DNA of 63,180 nucleotides, counting the filler. It is 9 parts of 9 records of this genome, joined end to end, with 100 filler letters (N's around TTAATTAATTAA, not from the genome) between each part and the next. Parts side by side here need not be neighbours in the genome. Positions count along the whole stretch, not along the records: positions 48,207 to 63,180 come from SRR31156797_117355; 8 more parts are not named here. One strand, given 5' to 3'. The translations under genes and the position numbers were made by a program. Each line of letters begins with the position of its first letter. Position 1 is the stretch's first letter. Positions 60,440 through 63,180 of the stretch are shown one piece after another. The notes beneath the pieces were generated by a model. The model searched no databases, had not been told where the DNA came from, and saw only the letters and a program-made list of their open reading frames with translations.

Positions 60440-61564
60440 TTAACTCTCCTTCGGTTTCGCGGCGACACGGTTTTCAATTCGCACCGCGATACTGTCCCCT
60501 TTACGCCCCATTTGACCGGTGTACATGCCGACCGAACCGCAACGAAGCTCGACCCGCGATTCCGGCGTCGCATTCAACATGATCCGCGACCCCACCCGCA
60601 GATCGAAAATATCCTTGAGACGAACGGTCTGTTCATCGAGCACGGCTTCCAGGTCGACATCGGTCAACCACAGTTCCTCGGCCAGGTGGGTTTCCCAAAT
60701 CGAATCCCGGCCGAATTTTTCGCCCATGAACATCTGCAGCAGAAGTTCGCGAACCGGTTCCAGTGTCGCATAGGGAATCAACAATTCCATGCGTCCGCCG
60801 CGGTCTTCCATATCGATTCTGAGTTTGGCCACGATCGCCGCGTTCGAAGGGCGCGAGATGGTGGCGAAGCGCGGATTGGTTTCCAACCGGTCGAAACGGA
60901 ACGTCACCGGGCTCAGCGGTTCGAAGGCGGCGGAAAGATCGGCCAACGCGACATGAACCATGCGTTCGACCAGGCTGCGTTCGATGGTCGTATACGGCCG
61001 CCCCTCGATGCGCATGGCCGCCGTGCCGCGACGGCCGCCGAGCAAAACGTCGACGATCGAATAAATAAGCGCCGAATCGACGGTAATGAGCCCGTAATTG
61101 TCCCATTCCTCGGCCTTGAAAACGCTGAGCATGGCCGGCAGCGGAATGGAATTCAGGTAGTCGCCGAACCGGATCGAGGCGATGTTGTCGAGCGAAACCT
61201 CGACGTTGTCCGAGGTGAAGTTACGCAAGGATGTCGACATCATGCGCACCAAGCGGTCGAACACCACCTCCAGCATCGGCAGGCGTTCATAGGAAACCAG
61301 GGCGCTGTTGAGGATGGCCTGAATGCCCGACCGCTCGGTCGCCTCGTCGTGCTCGTCATCGAAGCCGAGAAGGCTGTCGATTTCGTCCTGGTTCAGTACC
61401 CGCGTCGATGCGCCGCCGCCCATGTCGTCGCCGGCCATTTCGAGGTCGTCGTTGTCGCCGCCGACCATGGCCTCCCATTCGTCGGCGAGCGCATCCTGGT
61501 CGTCCTCGCCCTCGGGCAGGTCCTGACCGTCGTTCACATCGTCAGCAGCAGCGGCAGCGGTCAT
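60440..61564 (-). CDS. fliM: Flagellar motor switch protein FliM
   Basis: RVLNQDEIDSLL, YERLPMLEVVFDR, LLGG, IEGRPYTTIE, ETNPRF, IPYATLEP. Confidence 0.96.
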   Translation of the reverse strand: MTAAAAADDVNDGQDLPEGEDDQDALADEWEAMVGGDNDDLEMAGDDMGGGASTRVLNQDEIDSLLGFDDEHDEATERSGIQAILNSALVSYERLPMLEVVFDRLVRMMSTSLRNFTSDNVEVSLDNIASIRFGDYLNSIPLPAMLSVFKAEEWDNYGLITVDSALIYSIVDVLLGGRRGTAAMRIEGRPYTTIERSLVERMVHVALADLSAAFEPLSPVTFRFDRLETNPRFATISRPSNAAIVAKLRIDMEDRGGRMELLIPYATLEPVRELLLQMFMGEKFGRDSIWETHLAEELWLTDVDLEAVLDEQTVRLKDIFDLRVGSRIMLNATPESRVELRCGSVGMYTGQMGRKGDSIAVRIENRVAAKPKES

Positions 61565-61606
61565 TGCGTCGTCTTTCCCAATATGCGATGCCCAGCCGAA
61601 GAACGG

Positions 61607-62167
61607 CTATTGCACCAGCATTTCCTTGAACAATACGTCGTTGACCTGGGCCGGTGCGACGGCCGCACTGACCCGTGCCAACAATTCCTCGCGCAGGCGG
61701 TACATGCCTGCCGACCCTTTCAGGTCGTCGATGCGCAGTTCACGCAGATAAATGTTAAAAGTATCCATTATCCGGGTCATCAATCCTTCGACGCGGGGGA
61801 CATCGGCGGGATTCTGCAATTCGAGGCTGACCCGGATCTTCAAATAAGAAGATTTCCGTCCCCCTGTATTTAGGTTCACGAGGATCTCAGGCAAATCCAA
61901 AAATACGACTTCGCCCGGCATCGCCTCGCCGCCCTCGCCGTCCGCCTCGCCCGGTTCCACGTGTTCTTCACCGGTTACCATCGCAACCACGGGATCCAAT
62001 AGCCCGGTAAACCAAGCGCCGACGCCGCCGCCGATCAATATCACCAGCACCACGCCGATGATGATGAACAGGGTCTTTTTCCCGAGTTTCTTTTTCGGTG
62101 ACCCCTCACCTTCTTCGTCGGCGTCTTCGCCTTCCTCCACGTCAACATCGTCGAGGTCTTCGGCCAT
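61607..62167 (-). CDS. fliL: Flagellar basal body-associated protein FliL
   Basis: Single TM, LPEILVNL, YLRELR..DLKGSAG..RLREEL, VLFKEMLVQ. Confidence 0.94.
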   Translation of the reverse strand: MAEDLDDVDVEEGEDADEEGEGSPKKKLGKKTLFIIIGVVLVILIGGGVGAWFTGLLDPVVAMVTGEEHVEPGEADGEGGEAMPGEVVFLDLPEILVNLNTGGRKSSYLKIRVSLELQNPADVPRVEGLMTRIMDTFNIYLRELRIDDLKGSAGMYRLREELLARVSAAVAPAQVNDVLFKEMLVQ

Positions 62168-62244
62168 GCCATCAATCCAGTGTGGGGATAGTGCCCACTT
62201 TCACGTCCCAATAAAAAGCCCATACGAACCTTATAGGGGCCAAG

Positions 62245-62260
62245 GTTAACAACTGGTTGA
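62245..62260 (-). promoter_or_regulatory. CtrA-box-like site upstream of fliL
   Basis: Minus strand TCAA-CCAGTTG-TTAAC versus consensus TTAA-N7-TTAAC (one mismatch). Confidence 0.55.
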
Positions 62261-62347
62261 AATATCGCGTCGATGCCGCGATCGGCCCGGGTCCGGCGAC
62301 AGGTCGGTTTTCACTTGCGTAAACTGTACCAAAGGGAGCCGGATGCG

Positions 62348-62466
62348 GGCAATAACTGCCGGGCAAGGACCATCCGCGACCGGTAATTCCGTTCCGGCCC
62401 CGGGTCGTCGCAATTCCCATAACTTATTGTTTTTAATTGTTTTTTAAGTTTGGCACGGCTTGTGCA
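62348..62466 (+). promoter_or_regulatory. Sigma54 promoter of flgF with ftr-like and IHF-like sites
   Basis: TGGCACGGCTTGTGCA (62451-66, GG-N10-GC), GGCA-N5-TGCC (62348-60), AT-rich IHF-like TAACTTATTGTTT near 62420. Confidence 0.75.
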
Positions 62467-62518
62467 GATCATTGGCCGGGCATTTTGTGGACGTACATTA
62501 TTTTGGGACAGTGGGAAG

Positions 62519-63180
62519 ATGGAAAACACATCATTTGTGGCCTTGTCGCGCTTGAGCACGCTGCGCCGTCAGATGAACGTTATCGCCAACAACCTGGCCA
62601 ACATGAACACGACCGGGTTCAAAGGCGAAAAAATGATGTTCGTCGACCATGTGGTTAAAAGCCGCGGCGGCACCCAGATCATGGGCGACAAGGTCGCCTA
62701 CGTGCGGGACATCGCGACCGTCAAGAACCTCAGCGAAGGGGCATTCCAGGCGACCGGCAATCCGCTCGATGTCGCCATCCACGGCGACGGTTACTTTGTC
62801 ATCGATTCGCCCAATGGCGAACGCTACACGCGCAACGGCAGCTTCCGGCTGGACGATGCCGGGCAGTTGGTCACCAAGGACGGTGATCCGGTCCTGTCGG
62901 ATGGCGGTCAGCCGTTTTTCTTCACGGCACAGGACCGCAATATCGAAATTTCGAGCGACGGCACCGTTTCGACCGCGGCCGGCCCCCTCGGCCGCCTGGC
63001 AGTCGTTCGCTTTGACAACCCCCATGCATTGGAATTGGCCGCCGGCGGAAAATTGAATTCGGAAGAGCTGCCGATTCCGGCCGAAGAATTTTCGGTGGTT
63101 CAGAACATGGTGGAGTCATCCAACGTCGAACCGATCATCGAAATGACGCGGATGATCGAGGTTCATCGCAGCTACAAGAG
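62519..63180 (+). CDS. flgF: Flagellar basal-body rod protein FlgF, 3' truncated by window end
   Basis: MENTSFVALSR...VIANNLANMNTTGFK, TGNPLDVAIHGDGYF, YTRNGSF, ESSNVEPIIEMTRMI. Not in the ORF track because no stop occurs in the window. Confidence 0.93.
   Translation, partial: MENTSFVALSRLSTLRRQMNVIANNLANMNTTGFKGEKMMFVDHVVKSRGGTQIMGDKVAYVRDIATVKNLSEGAFQATGNPLDVAIHGDGYFVIDSPNGERYTRNGSFRLDDAGQLVTKDGDPVLSDGGQPFFFTAQDRNIEISSDGTVSTAAGPLGRLAVVRFDNPHALELAAGGKLNSEELPIPAEEFSVVQNMVESSNVEPIIEMTRMIEVHRSYK

Overview
This window is not one genomic locus. It is nine unrelated contig pieces joined by eight artificial 100-nt spacers (N44-TTAATTAATTAA-N44), and gene content and base composition point to several taxa. 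A (1-6420, Planctomycetota-like): GH4 glycosidase, non-pyrrolysine MttB-family methyltransferase, two Gfo/Idh/MocA dehydrogenases, partial GH2. B (6521-14088) and C (14189-19257), both alphaproteobacterial housekeeping: bi-domain oxidoreductase, yjbQ, panD, Bcr/CflA MFS, ada, YgjP-like protein, YcgN, SCO; then DUF1194, MOSC, DUF4167, prmC, prfA, partial hemA. D (19358-24790): an intact IS5-family element next to a coupled operon of GH63-like hydrolase, L-fucose-isomerase-like protein and FGGY pentulose kinase. E (24891-31234, Desulfovibrionaceae-like): distal half of a bacterial microcompartment locus resembling the cut/GRM1 type. F (31335-36471): a second, divergent fucose-isomerase-like gene with a ketose 3-epimerase, an AlkD-like remnant and an Ldh_2 oxidoreductase. 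G (36572-42932, Desulfobacterota-like): TetR-nitroreductase, sigma54-driven thiolase, EFR1 ferredoxin, SIS protein. H (43033-48106, Phycisphaerae-like): cyclodeaminase, TDH-like SDR, HNH, gpsA. I (48207-63180, Rhodospirillales-like): aroK-aroB, CorC, CBS and a flagellar motor cluster. The best novelty candidates are the two fucose-isomerase-like sugar pathways, a MotB paralog lacking the proton-conducting Asp next to a giant TPR protein, the MttB gene embedded in a carbohydrate locus, and accessory features of the BMC locus. No CRISPR array, rRNA or tRNA was recognised. All family calls come from motif recognition, not database searches.
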